Below are positions 8,730-17,764 of a stretch of 36,231 nucleotides of DNA, piece by piece. Location: NCBI GenBank assembly GCA_016203665.1, contig JACQMJ010000004.1, positions 134,214-170,444 on the forward strand, given 5' to 3'. The notes under the pieces were generated by a model. The model saw only the letters and a program-made list of their open reading frames with translations, had not been told where the DNA came from and ran no database searches. Within the stretch, counting starts at the first letter, position 1. Every line of letters begins with the position of its first letter. Origin of the DNA: Candidatus Sungiibacteriota bacterium (lineage in GTDB: Bacteria; Patescibacteriota; Minisyncoccia; Sungbacterales; SURF-37). Made by a program: the position numbers and the translations under genes.

Positions 8730-9553
8730 CGTGATGATCCGCTGCCGAGACCCCTTTCAATGATTACCCGAATGGCAGTATCAATGATCTCGGCAATAGC
8801 GGTCTGCACGTCATCAGCGACCCGTGCCCCGATCTCCGGCCCCAGGATCTGGGACACGTTAACCTGTTCGGCAACTGTTCGTCCCGGCGTTTTTGTTTTG
8901 CCGGTTCGCGGGTCCTTGATGTTCAGGAATCCTTGACCGGCGCGGTATTCTTCGGTGTACGCCTTTGCCGCCACGGCCGAAGCCTGGCGCTGTTGGTCAA
9001 GAACTGCCACCCAGACGTCCTCAATGCTGTTTTCGGTTTTGACGCTCTGGGTAAGCATGTACGGCTCAAACACTTCGCCGAGCCGGAAGCGGTCAAGATT
9101 CGGGAATGAGCAAGCAAGCGTAAGATCCTCGCCAAAGGAGAAAAACGCCCGCGACGGCACGCTGATGCCCGAACAAAACGGAATGCCGGTGAGTTCCTCT
9201 AAAATGGCCCGCGAGGCATTTTCTATGCTTTTTCGTACATCAGCGGTATAGCTTAATGAGAAGACCGGCCCCTCAAAGCGTCCGGTGATAATCCAGCGGA
9301 TAATCATGTCCTTCAGGGTCCTGATGACGATTTTCAGGAGCCTGGTCGCGATTTGGTCAAAGACCTGCTGGGCGCGAAGCTGCGTTGTCTGGGTGGCCGT
9401 TATGCCGCTTGAGGTGACGAGCGGACCAGGCACTTCAAGCGTCGGCACTGCGGCCCGGGCGCTTGCCAGCGGCAGGAAAATTGAAACAGTAAGGAATGCG
9501 CCTGCTGCGGCAGTGAAGATCTTGCGGCGGAAAGCGTTTGTAAGCGCAGGCAT
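8726..9553 (-). CDS. Secreted hypothetical protein of the T4SS-like operon
   Basis: Signal peptide (ARA-AVP); AGQGFL...TPG motif; 4-bp overlap with the next gene. Confidence 0.7.
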   Translation of the reverse strand: MPALTNAFRRKIFTAAAGAFLTVSIFLPLASARAAVPTLEVPGPLVTSSGITATQTTQLRAQQVFDQIATRLLKIVIRTLKDMIIRWIITGRFEGPVFSLSYTADVRKSIENASRAILEELTGIPFCSGISVPSRAFFSFGEDLTLACSFPNLDRFRLGEVFEPYMLTQSVKTENSIEDVWVAVLDQQRQASAVAAKAYTEEYRAGQGFLNIKDPRTGKTKTPGRTVAEQVNVSQILGPEIGARVADDVQTAIAEIIDTAIRVIIERGLGSGSSR

Positions 9554-9555
9554 GG

Positions 9556-10572
9556 CTATTGGAAGAGTTGATAACCGCCTTCACTGGCGGGAAAAACAAC
9601 ATTGCGGCTGGCAAGGAGCGCTTTTGTTTCGGTCCGTGAGCGCGCGATCTCGTCAAAGAGCTTTGTCCGCTCGCGGAGCATGGCAAGCGCGGCAATGGGG
9701 TCTTCGCGCAATCTGGCGATGACCTGAATCGCGCGCGCTGTTTTTTTGATGTGGTTAAGCTCTGTTACCGCGAATGTCTCGTATCCCGATGGCGCAGGGA
9801 TTTTTTTAATTTCGCTCGCCGAGCGCTCCAGCGCCAGGATGATGGCATCAAGTTCAGCGAGTTTGGTATAATCCTCTTTTTCCATGATCTCGTTTAGAAT
9901 CGTGAGGTCATCTTTCGGCAGCGGCACGAGGTATTTGGCATAAACGGCATAGACGTTGTTGAAGTAGTTGCGTACCGCAGCCGCGTCATTAGTCGGCGAA
10001 ACAGTAAGGTCCTTTATGGTTATTGTGGCCGCGCGATTCAATATAAGCGCCGGATCAAGCTCGGCGGGGAGCGCCAGGTTATCCAGAAATTCGGTATCCG
10101 CGATTCCGCCGTCTGCGCCGATTGAGCTTAAAACGCCGGACTCAAGCAGTTGCTGGGCAACGGAAAAGGTAAGGTTGTCGTCATCCTCGGCCGCGCTGTC
10201 GGCGATGGCGTCGTTTGCCGCCTCCGGGTTCAAGGGGTCGTTGGGCCCGGCCTTGGCCGGGTCGCGGCTCTTACGCACTTCTTCGCCGTCGGGCGTTCCG
10301 TCGCCGTCGCTATCGATTTTTTGCGGATCAGATTGATAAAGCGCTTCTTCCCAGTCCCTCAAGCCGTCGCCGTCGCTATCGCGGGCGGCAAGCACAGAGG
10401 CCGCGTTCAGGGTTTGACCAGCCAGGGCTGGCTTGGCCGCGCGCAGGCGCGAATTTTGATAGGCAACGAGTGCGGCTGCGGCGCCAGTCACGATAAAAAG
10501 CAATACGAACACGACCGAAACTATCCTTTTTCGGCTCAAGGATGGCCTGCCCCACCGAAAAAGTGCTGGCAT
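9556..10572 (-). CDS. Membrane-anchored protein with bacterial TSP3-type Ca-binding repeats
   Basis: N-terminal TM; DSDGDGLRDWEE and DSDGDGTPDGEE motifs. Confidence 0.8.
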   Translation of the reverse strand: MPALFRWGRPSLSRKRIVSVVFVLLFIVTGAAAALVAYQNSRLRAAKPALAGQTLNAASVLAARDSDGDGLRDWEEALYQSDPQKIDSDGDGTPDGEEVRKSRDPAKAGPNDPLNPEAANDAIADSAAEDDDNLTFSVAQQLLESGVLSSIGADGGIADTEFLDNLALPAELDPALILNRAATITIKDLTVSPTNDAAAVRNYFNNVYAVYAKYLVPLPKDDLTILNEIMEKEDYTKLAELDAIILALERSASEIKKIPAPSGYETFAVTELNHIKKTARAIQVIARLREDPIAALAMLRERTKLFDEIARSRTETKALLASRNVVFPASEGGYQLFQ

Positions 10573-10579
10573 TGGCCTG

Positions 10580-10588
10580 ATTATAGCA
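10580..10588 (-). promoter_or_regulatory. Extended -10 promoter (TGcTATAAT) of the T4SS-like operon, probably leaderless
   Basis: Perfect TGnTATAAT ending 7 nt before the ATG at 10572. Confidence 0.7.
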
Positions 10589-10612
10589 TCGGTGCGTTTT
10601 TACGGGGTTTTC

Positions 10613-10621
10613 TGTGGATAA
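10613..10621 (-). promoter_or_regulatory. Consensus DnaA box TTATCCACA
   Basis: tgtggataa on the + strand within the divergent intergenic region. Confidence 0.5.
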
Positions 10622-10686
10622 GTATGGGCGGTAGTAGTGCAAACATTGGTGAGAATTCTGTTCCTACGTGATACGATTTGGGCGAG

Positions 10687-11808
10687 ATGGGCTTTCCTAG
10701 GCTTTTTATCACGGCAGTCGCCGCCCTAGTCGTTGCGGTAGTCGTATTTTTTATCCTTTGGCGGACTCCTGCTTCACCTCCCGCCGCCAGCCAGCCGAAT
10801 TTGCCGGTAATCGGAGCGCGTTCTCCCCTGCCGCCAGCGCCAAGCGTTTTTCCGCCGGCGGCCGCGGGCGGGACGCTTAGCACATCCCGGCAGTCAGACG
10901 CTTTTCCCGGCCAGCCGCTCTCCCTTGAAGAGATTACCAACCCGATATTGGAAACCCTGGAAGGCGCTTTTGGCAGCGGACAGCCGTCAGGTATCCCCGT
11001 TGTTCGGCAAGATTTTTCTATCCAAACGGGAAAAAGCGCTCCGCCCCTGCCGCGGTACGAGGACGTCATAAAGCCCGGCGCGCCTTTTCTTTTCCCGCCG
11101 CGCTATGTGCACTATATTCGCGCCATACGCCGCATCATGGTCCTGGGGGGCGCGGTAGCCGAGGATTATTATTCCGAGATCACTGAAAACAGCGACGCCG
11201 CCGCCATCATGGAGAGGTTCGTGGATTATGTTCTTTCTGCGAATAATTTCCCGCCGACTGAACGTGAAGGGCGCCGTAAGCAGCTTTTAGACGGCATCCG
11301 CTATGATCTCCGGTTATTGGCGCAGGAATATCCGGCCGGTTTTACGCGCCCCGCCGCATCAGTGGTCGAACGCCAAATTGCCCTTGCAGTCAGGGGAGGA
11401 GTATGCGCCGCGCCATCTTCCGGCGAGAAATTTTTCGGCGCCGTATTCAATTTCATCATCCTGCAAGCCTTTGCGCAGGAGGCCGGCCCGAGTATCCAGG
11501 ACGCCGAGCTGCGGGCCGAGGTTGATGCTATTTACGGCGAAGCTGGCGCGGGCGATATGGCCGGATCTGCTCCGGGAGAGAGCCAGAATCCGGCGACCTG
11601 CGGCGTGACCAAGGACGATTTTTCAGAATGTTACCGCGGCAAAAGCTATAACCCGGCACCCGGAGTGAATCTCTGGGCGCCCTGCTGCAACTGCAGCGTT
11701 CCGGTATATGGTTACTGTGTTCCGGTCGGCTGTAAGAATCTTGTCTGTAAAAACGGTAACCTGATTTGGGATCCGGCCACCGGCATCTGCGGATGCGACC
11801 TGATTTAA
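10687..11808 (+). CDS. Membrane-anchored protein with C-terminal Cys-rich domain
   Basis: N-terminal TM, Pro-rich linker, 10 Cys in the last ~70 aa. TGaTACGAT (10669-10677) lies just upstream; start placed at ATG 10687. Confidence 0.75.
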   Translation: MGFPRLFITAVAALVVAVVVFFILWRTPASPPAASQPNLPVIGARSPLPPAPSVFPPAAAGGTLSTSRQSDAFPGQPLSLEEITNPILETLEGAFGSGQPSGIPVVRQDFSIQTGKSAPPLPRYEDVIKPGAPFLFPPRYVHYIRAIRRIMVLGGAVAEDYYSEITENSDAAAIMERFVDYVLSANNFPPTEREGRRKQLLDGIRYDLRLLAQEYPAGFTRPAASVVERQIALAVRGGVCAAPSSGEKFFGAVFNFIILQAFAQEAGPSIQDAELRAEVDAIYGEAGAGDMAGSAPGESQNPATCGVTKDDFSECYRGKSYNPAPGVNLWAPCCNCSVPVYGYCVPVGCKNLVCKNGNLIWDPATGICGCDLI

Positions 11809-11829
11809 ACTTTTTAACTTTTAAACTTT
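11806..11829. repeat. 3x 8-bp T(A/T)AACTTT array between convergent stop codons
   Basis: taaacttt ttaacttt taaacttt. Confidence 0.65.
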
Positions 11830-12620
11830 CAGGCGCTTAGATTACGAAGTAACGTTGCCCAGTGCTCCAATGCAAGTTCCTGCGGCCGCGCCGTCAGCGG
11901 CAGCCCGGCCGCTTCCAGCGTCCGGAGAATGGTGTTCCGCGGATAGGATACGGCCAAGCTTGCGGCAAGCTGTTTTCGTTTGTGCTGGAAGGCTTGGCGG
12001 ATGAGCGCAAAGAAGTCCTCCTCGCGGATGCGGTTTTGAATGAAAAACTCCCGTGATATGTCGGCAATGCGGATGAGCGCGGAGGTTACCTTTGGCGGCG
12101 GGGAAAATGCGCTCGCCGGGATCGTAAAAAGGAGTTCTGGTTTAGCGTAGGACTGGACTGATAGGGCGAGGAGGTTCATGTGCGGCGGCCGGGCGGTGAT
12201 GCGTTCAGCCACTTCCTTTTGCAGTGTCAGGAGCATGCGCTCCGGCGCCGGGTCGCATTCCAAGAGTTTTCGGATGAGGCGCGAGGTCAGGTAGTACGGA
12301 ATGTTCGCGACCACCGCGTAAAGCGCGGGCAGGCCAAGTTCCTCGAATCCGATTTTTAAAATATCGCCGCCGATAAGTCGGACGTTGGTGACGCCTTCTC
12401 TTTTAAAGTTTTTTTCGAGCGCGCGGAAAAGTTCGGCATCTTTTTCTACGGCGATGACGGTTTGGGTGCGTGCGGCGAGCGCACGGGTGAGAATACCCGT
12501 TCCCGGCCCGATTTCAAGTACGGTATCGCCCGGCGAAAGTTCGGCCGCGGCGATGATATCCCGGAGTACTGCTTCGGATTTTAAAAAATGTTGCCCCAAG
12601 CGGCGCGAAGCATGAATCAT
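11829..12620 (-). CDS. rsmA: 16S rRNA m6,2A dimethyltransferase RsmA/KsgA
   Basis: LGQHFL, VLEIGPGTGILT, VANIPYYLTS, QKEVAERI, FSPPPKVTS. Start placed at ATG 12620. Confidence 0.96.
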   Translation of the reverse strand: MIHASRRLGQHFLKSEAVLRDIIAAAELSPGDTVLEIGPGTGILTRALAARTQTVIAVEKDAELFRALEKNFKREGVTNVRLIGGDILKIGFEELGLPALYAVVANIPYYLTSRLIRKLLECDPAPERMLLTLQKEVAERITARPPHMNLLALSVQSYAKPELLFTIPASAFSPPPKVTSALIRIADISREFFIQNRIREEDFFALIRQAFQHKRKQLAASLAVSYPRNTILRTLEAAGLPLTARPQELALEHWATLLRNLSA

Positions 12621-12630
12621 TGATTTTGAA

Positions 12631-14541
12631 TCATGATTCATCAATGATAAGCATTTCCTCGTCGGCGCCGAAACTTCCTTCAACGACCTCCGGCGGCAGT
12701 TCCTTCAAAAACCGCGAGGGCATGTTGACCTCGCGCTCGCCAAAGAGCGTCCGGGTGATGGCCCAGGTGAGATAGAGGTGCTCTTTGGCGCGGGTCATGC
12801 CGACATAGGCTAACCGCCGCTCCTCCTCGAGCTCGGCCCTGCCCGCAGCGATGGATTTGGCGTGCGGCAGGAGCCCCTCTTCGCATCCGGTAAGGAACAC
12901 GGCTTTAAATTCAAGGCCTTTGGCGGCATGGAGGGTCATCAATCGCATCCGATCATCTTCGCCGGAAAATTCTTCCTCGGCCGAGAGGAGGGCCACCTCT
13001 TCCAGGAGCTTTGCGGCGGCCTCCCGGGTGGGCAGGGCGTCGAACTTCCGCGCTACAGAGACGAGCTCATGGACGTTCTCAATTCGCGCCGCGCCGTCGC
13101 GCTCTTCGACCAGGTACTCTTCGTAGCCGATGGTTTTAATGAGCAATTTAAAAAAATCGGCCAGCGTGCACTCGGCCATGGCCGTGCCCAAATTGGTCAG
13201 CAGGGCTTCAAAAGCGCTCAGGCGCTGGCGGTCCCGGGCGGGTAGGCTCGCGGCATGACCGGAAAGGTAGGCCAAGAGAGTCTTGGGCCCGATGCCGCGC
13301 GGCGGGACGTTCAGAATGCGCTTGGCCGCCAGTGCATCGTCCGAGTTCAGGAGGTAGCGCAGGTAGGCGACGAGATCTTTCACCTCACGGCGCGAAAAGA
13401 AGCGGATGCCGCCGATGATGACGTAAGGGACGGCGCGCTCGATTAGTGCCTCCTCCAGAGCGCGCGATTGGGCGTTGGTGCGGTAGAGCACGGCAATGTC
13501 GCGCCACGAATAGGCGGCGCGGCGGAGTGCCAGCGCCTCCTCGGCAATGAATTCGGCCTCGGCGCGCTCGTTCTCATGGGCGCGCACCATCGGCTGGCGG
13601 CCGGCTGGATTCTTTGTCCAAAGGGTCTTCGGCTTCTGCGCTTCGTTCTTCACGATGAGGTGGTTGGCCGCCGCGAGGATCTCGGGCGTGGAGCGGTAGT
13701 TCTCCTCCAAAAGTATAACGCGCGCATCCGGCCAGTCGCGCTCGAAGTTCAGGATGTTGCGGTAATCGGCCCGCCGCCAGGAGTAGATGGACTGCGCATC
13801 ATCGCCGATTACAAAAAGGTTTTTATGCCTTAGAGCAAGATGCCGGATGAGCTCGTATTGGGCCAGGGACGTGTCTTGGTATTCATCCACGTGGATGTGC
13901 GTGAACTGTTCCTGCCAGCGCTGCCGAATGGCGTTAGACGAGCGGAGCAGCCGGACGGCATGGAAAATGAGATCGTCAAAATCAAGGGCGTTCGAGGAGC
14001 GGAGGCGGGCCTGGTATTTTTCGTAGATCCGGCCGATTGTCCGGCCGAACGGATCTTCGGCGTTGTATTCGTCTGTGCCAACAAGGTCGGCCTTGAGGTC
14101 GGAGATGATGGCCGCGGCCGCGTTGGGGCTGATGTGTTTGGGCACGGCGAGCTCCTTCATGATTTCGCGGATCAGGGCCATGCGGTCGTCCTCATCGTAG
14201 ATGGTGAAGTCGCGCCGGTAGCCGATAGCGCTTGCCTCTTGGCGGAGCAGGGCTGCGGCAAAGCTGTGGAAGGTGCCGATGAAGGGCAGGGCGGTTCTCC
14301 GGCCGGAGCTCTCGGCCAGCAGGGCCCGGATGCGCTGGCGCATCTCTTCGGCGGCCTTATTGGTGAACGTCATCGCCAGGATGCGGCGCGCCGGCACTCC
14401 CGAGGCCATGAGAAAGGCGATGCGGTGGGTAAGCGCTTTGGTCTTTCCGGAGCCTGGGCCGGCAATGACCAAAACCGGGCCGTTTGTAGTTTGGACAGCC
14501 TCTTGCTGGCGCTCATTTAATACAGAAAGTATGAGATCCAT
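12631..14541 (-). CDS. pcrA: UvrD/PcrA ATP-dependent DNA helicase
   Basis: AGPGSGKT, TFTNKAA, DEYQD, GDDAQSIY, ENYRS, LYRTNAQSR, HAAKGLEF, EERRLAYVGMTRA. TGcTAGGAT at 14558-14566 supports a start at 14541. Confidence 0.95.
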   Translation of the reverse strand: MDLILSVLNERQQEAVQTTNGPVLVIAGPGSGKTKALTHRIAFLMASGVPARRILAMTFTNKAAEEMRQRIRALLAESSGRRTALPFIGTFHSFAAALLRQEASAIGYRRDFTIYDEDDRMALIREIMKELAVPKHISPNAAAAIISDLKADLVGTDEYNAEDPFGRTIGRIYEKYQARLRSSNALDFDDLIFHAVRLLRSSNAIRQRWQEQFTHIHVDEYQDTSLAQYELIRHLALRHKNLFVIGDDAQSIYSWRRADYRNILNFERDWPDARVILLEENYRSTPEILAAANHLIVKNEAQKPKTLWTKNPAGRQPMVRAHENERAEAEFIAEEALALRRAAYSWRDIAVLYRTNAQSRALEEALIERAVPYVIIGGIRFFSRREVKDLVAYLRYLLNSDDALAAKRILNVPPRGIGPKTLLAYLSGHAASLPARDRQRLSAFEALLTNLGTAMAECTLADFFKLLIKTIGYEEYLVEERDGAARIENVHELVSVARKFDALPTREAAAKLLEEVALLSAEEEFSGEDDRMRLMTLHAAKGLEFKAVFLTGCEEGLLPHAKSIAAGRAELEEERRLAYVGMTRAKEHLYLTWAITRTLFGEREVNMPSRFLKELPPEVVEGSFGADEEMLIIDES

Positions 14542-14629
14542 GCCTATGAATGCGTGCATCCTAGCAGAAAAGGCCTATGCCACCAATTTGGGGCACTAGC
14601 AGGTGTTCGGCTTTTGTGCATAGCCGGGG

Positions 14630-14658
14630 TTGCCGCTGTTCGGGGCTGGGGCTATAGT
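14630..14658 (+). promoter_or_regulatory. sigma70-type promoter for the LysM-M23 gene
   Basis: TTGCCG-17 nt-TATAGT. Confidence 0.55.
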
Positions 14659-14827
14659 GGGGTGGCAGTTCTGGGTAAGAGAAAAGTCGCGTAAATGCTT
14701 TATTTTTCGGTATCGGCACCTGCCGGCCGGAAAAGATCCCGCCATTCCTGCCGAACACTCGCCTGCTCCTGCTCCACCCCTTTCACACCCAGCCGGAGGG
14801 AGCACCCGTAAAACTAGCGATTTAGGC

Positions 14828-15892
14828 CTGAAAACGCTTCTTTCCCCAAAGAAGCTTTTGGCTTTTATTGGGGGTTTGGCCCTTCCGGCGGCCTTTTTCC
14901 TTATAGCCGCTATGCTCTTCCTGCCGCGGCCGGCCAATGCGGGATTCTTTTCGTTCCTGGCCAGGATTTTCAATGTGTCGCCGCCGGAGGTGGAAGAAGG
15001 TCTGGCGGTCTTTGCTCCCGCGGCCCAGGTTGCCGCAGCCGCATCAGCCGTTGGCACGGAGAACCGGCCGCCCGCCGGAGAGGATGACAGCGGAGAGGAT
15101 AGTCTCAGCGTCATCCAGAAGAACGCCATCCTGGCACCCCTGAATCCGGTGGGGATGGTTGCGGATGACGTCGCTCCGGCGGGCCAGATTTTTGTTTACA
15201 CCGTCCGGCCCGGTGATACGCTCTCCAGTATCGCAAAATCTTTCCATATTTTGGTTAACACCATCCGCTGGGCCAATGATCTAACCATCTCGACCGTCAT
15301 AAGGCCCGGCCAGACTCTCATCATACTGCCCATCGACAGCATCCAGCACACGGTAGCTCGGGGTGAGACGATTGAGGGGATTGTCAAAAAATACAGAGGC
15401 GACATCGACGAAACCCTGGCTTTTAATGGATGGCCTCTCGGTTACGAACCAAGGGTCGGAGAGGTGGTGATTGTTCCGAACGGTGAAGGCGAACCGTTAA
15501 CGAATTCCAGTACGGCGGCGCGGGGCACGGGCGGCCCCGTTTATACCGGATATTATATCCGGCCGATAAACGGGGGAAGAATATCGCAGGGTTTACACGG
15601 ACTTAACGCCAAGGATTTTGCTACCTACTGTAACGCCCCAATTCTGGCTTCGGCCCGCGGCATCGTCTTGGTGGCCCGCAGTCAGGGTTGGTACGGCGGA
15701 TACGGCTTGTATGTGGTCATTGCGCATCCGAATGGAACCCAGACGTTGTACGCCCACATGAGCAGAATTGCTGTTTCGGTCGGATGGAACGTAGCTCAAG
15801 GTCAGGTCGTCGGCTATGTGGGCTCGACTGGTAATTCTACCGGTTGCCATGTGCATCTTGAGATTAGAGGAGCTGAATTTACCGATATGTAA
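14828..15892 (+). CDS. LysM-domain M23 family peptidoglycan endopeptidase (start codon uncertain)
   Basis: Two LysM repeats (YTVRPGDTLSSIA; HTVARGETIEGI); M23 motifs HGLNAKD, YAHM, GNSTGCHVHLE; signal peptide ending ANA-G. Confidence 0.9.
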   Translation: MKTLLSPKKLLAFIGGLALPAAFFLIAAMLFLPRPANAGFFSFLARIFNVSPPEVEEGLAVFAPAAQVAAAASAVGTENRPPAGEDDSGEDSLSVIQKNAILAPLNPVGMVADDVAPAGQIFVYTVRPGDTLSSIAKSFHILVNTIRWANDLTISTVIRPGQTLIILPIDSIQHTVARGETIEGIVKKYRGDIDETLAFNGWPLGYEPRVGEVVIVPNGEGEPLTNSSTAARGTGGPVYTGYYIRPINGGRISQGLHGLNAKDFATYCNAPILASARGIVLVARSQGWYGGYGLYVVIAHPNGTQTLYAHMSRIAVSVGWNVAQGQVVGYVGSTGNSTGCHVHLEIRGAEFTDM

Positions 15893-15985
15893 TAATGAGT
15901 GCGATTATCGTTTCGGTCGGTTCCACCAGGAACTCCGCCGGCTGCCACGTGCATTTTAAAATTCGCGGGGCGCGAAACCCATTTT

Positions 15986-16084
15986 AGAAGCCGGAGTCAA
16001 GGAAGCATGAAGCAAGATACGCCGGTTGAGCCGGCGTATTTCGTTCAGTCCATGCTTCTTGATTCGCGCTTCATGCTTCCATGC
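15986..16084. repeat. Inverted 7-bp GAAGCAT-type arrays around a 9-bp hairpin, between convergent genes
   Basis: ggaagcatgaagc (16001-16013) is the exact reverse complement of 16068-16080; inner hairpin atacgccgg-ttgag-ccggcgtat (16017-16039). Confidence 0.75.
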
Positions 16085-17621
16085 GGGGCCGGTACTGCAG
16101 CGCTTCCAAAATGTGTGCCGGTTCAATTGTCTCCGCGCCGGCAAGGTCGGCAATGGTCCGGCTTACCTTCATGATGCGGTAGTAGGAGCGCACCGACAGC
16201 CCGAAGCGCTCGTAGGCCGCGCGCAGGACGTCGCGGCACGCCGGGTCTAGGCGGCAGAAATTTTTAAGTTCGCGGAGGGACATGGCGGCGTTCGTGGTCC
16301 TGCGAAGAGGACCCAAGCGCGTATACTGGCGGGCGCGCGCCGCCTCCACCCGTCCCCGGATGGCGGCGGCAACGCCATCCGCCTCGCTTGGCCCAGGCTC
16401 GCGCGAGGCGAGCGTTGGTCCCGGTTCAAGCTTCTCGGCCGCGACCGGCCCGACCTCAACCATGAGATCAATGCGATCCAAAAGCGGCCCGGAAATCCGA
16501 CGGCGGTAACGGGCAACGGCGCCCGGAGAACAGGCGCAGACGCGGATCGGATCCGTAAGGTATCCGCACGGGCAGGGGTTCATGGCGGCGACGAGCATAA
16601 AATCCGCAGGAAACGTCGCCGCACCCGCCGCGCGAATGATGGTGATGACCCGATCTTCCAGCGGCTGGCGGAGCGATTCCAGTACCTGGGCCGGAAATTC
16701 GGGCAGTTCATCCAGGAAGAGTACGCCGCGGTGTGCGAGCGTTACCTCGCCCGGCCGCACGCTCGGTCCGCCGCCGGTCATGGCTACGGCCGATGCGGTA
16801 TGGTGGGGGTTCCGGAACGGCCGCTCGCGGATGACCGCGCCGCGGTGCCGGAGCAGCCCGGCGACACTGGCAATTTTAGTAACCTCAATGATTTCCTCAC
16901 GGTTCAAGAGCGGCAGAATAGTCGCCAGCGAACGCGCCAGAATGGTTTTGCCTGTGCCGGGCGGGCCGGTGAGGAGAATATTATGACCGCCGGCGGCGGC
17001 GATCTCAAGAGCGCGCTTGGCGTGCTCCTGGCCGCGGATAAGTGCGAGATCCGGTGCATCGGCGGCGGCCGGGATGTTATCGCTGTGCTGCGTCGGCGGC
17101 AGCTCCCGCCGGCCTTCGAGGTCATCAAGGAGTGCGGAGAGATTCGGCGCTTCTTTGACCGTGAGTTCATCAATGAGTGTCGCCTCCGCGCCGTTGCCTG
17201 TTGGCACGTAGAGGGTTTTAAACCCGGCCAGACGTCCGAGGATGGCAATGGCCAGCACTCCTGCGACCGGCCGCAGACCGCCGTCGAGCGCCAGCTCCCC
17301 AACAAAGAGTTTTCCCGCCGGTTGAAAGCGCGCCTGGCCCGAGGCCAGGAGGAAAGCCAGCGCAATCGGCAGGTCAAAGGCCGGGCCCTCCTTGCGGATG
17401 TCGGCCGGCGCCAGGTTTACGATGACGCGCTCCGATTTTTTATGCGGCGGCCGTGCGCCGATATTGCGGATGGCCGATCCAATGCGATCCCGCGATTCCT
17501 GTACTTCGCGATCGGCCAGGCCGACGATGGAAAACAAATGCAGGCCGGGCGAGAGGTCAACTTCAATGGCTATGGGTGTTGCATCAAGGCCGACGACCTG
17601 GGCCGAATACAATGTGACCAT
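16071..17621 (-). CDS. comM: ComM/YifB family Mg-chelatase-like AAA+ ATPase
   Basis: [80 protein letters not shown]. Confidence 0.95.
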   Translation of the reverse strand: MVTLYSAQVVGLDATPIAIEVDLSPGLHLFSIVGLADREVQESRDRIGSAIRNIGARPPHKKSERVIVNLAPADIRKEGPAFDLPIALAFLLASGQARFQPAGKLFVGELALDGGLRPVAGVLAIAILGRLAGFKTLYVPTGNGAEATLIDELTVKEAPNLSALLDDLEGRRELPPTQHSDNIPAAADAPDLALIRGQEHAKRALEIAAAGGHNILLTGPPGTGKTILARSLATILPLLNREEIIEVTKIASVAGLLRHRGAVIRERPFRNPHHTASAVAMTGGGPSVRPGEVTLAHRGVLFLDELPEFPAQVLESLRQPLEDRVITIIRAAGAATFPADFMLVAAMNPCPCGYLTDPIRVCACSPGAVARYRRRISGPLLDRIDLMVEVGPVAAEKLEPGPTLASREPGPSEADGVAAAIRGRVEAARARQYTRLGPLRRTTNAAMSLRELKNFCRLDPACRDVLRAAYERFGLSVRSYYRIMKVSRTIADLAGAETIEPAHILEALQYRPRMEA

Positions 17622-17684
17622 GACAATGACTATGACGATGACAAGCTTCTACAGGGTCATCGTTATGGTCATGGTCGCCGTCAC
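17614..17684. repeat. 5+5 inverted hexamer (ATGACN) array covering the comM start
   Basis: gtgacc atgaca atgact atgacg atgaca, 11-nt spacer, ggtcat cgttat ggtcat ggtcgc cgtcac. Confidence 0.85.
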
Positions 17685-17764
17685 TCCCTCGGCTGGCCCC
17701 GTTAGAGCGGCGCAGGTGAAAAACGCTGGGGACAGGATAGACACAACTGTATACCAGAGACGCT

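Noticed and set aside
10573-10686. Replication origin
   Set aside because: Only one consensus DnaA box, no clear unwinding element, and no dnaA/dnaN nearby.
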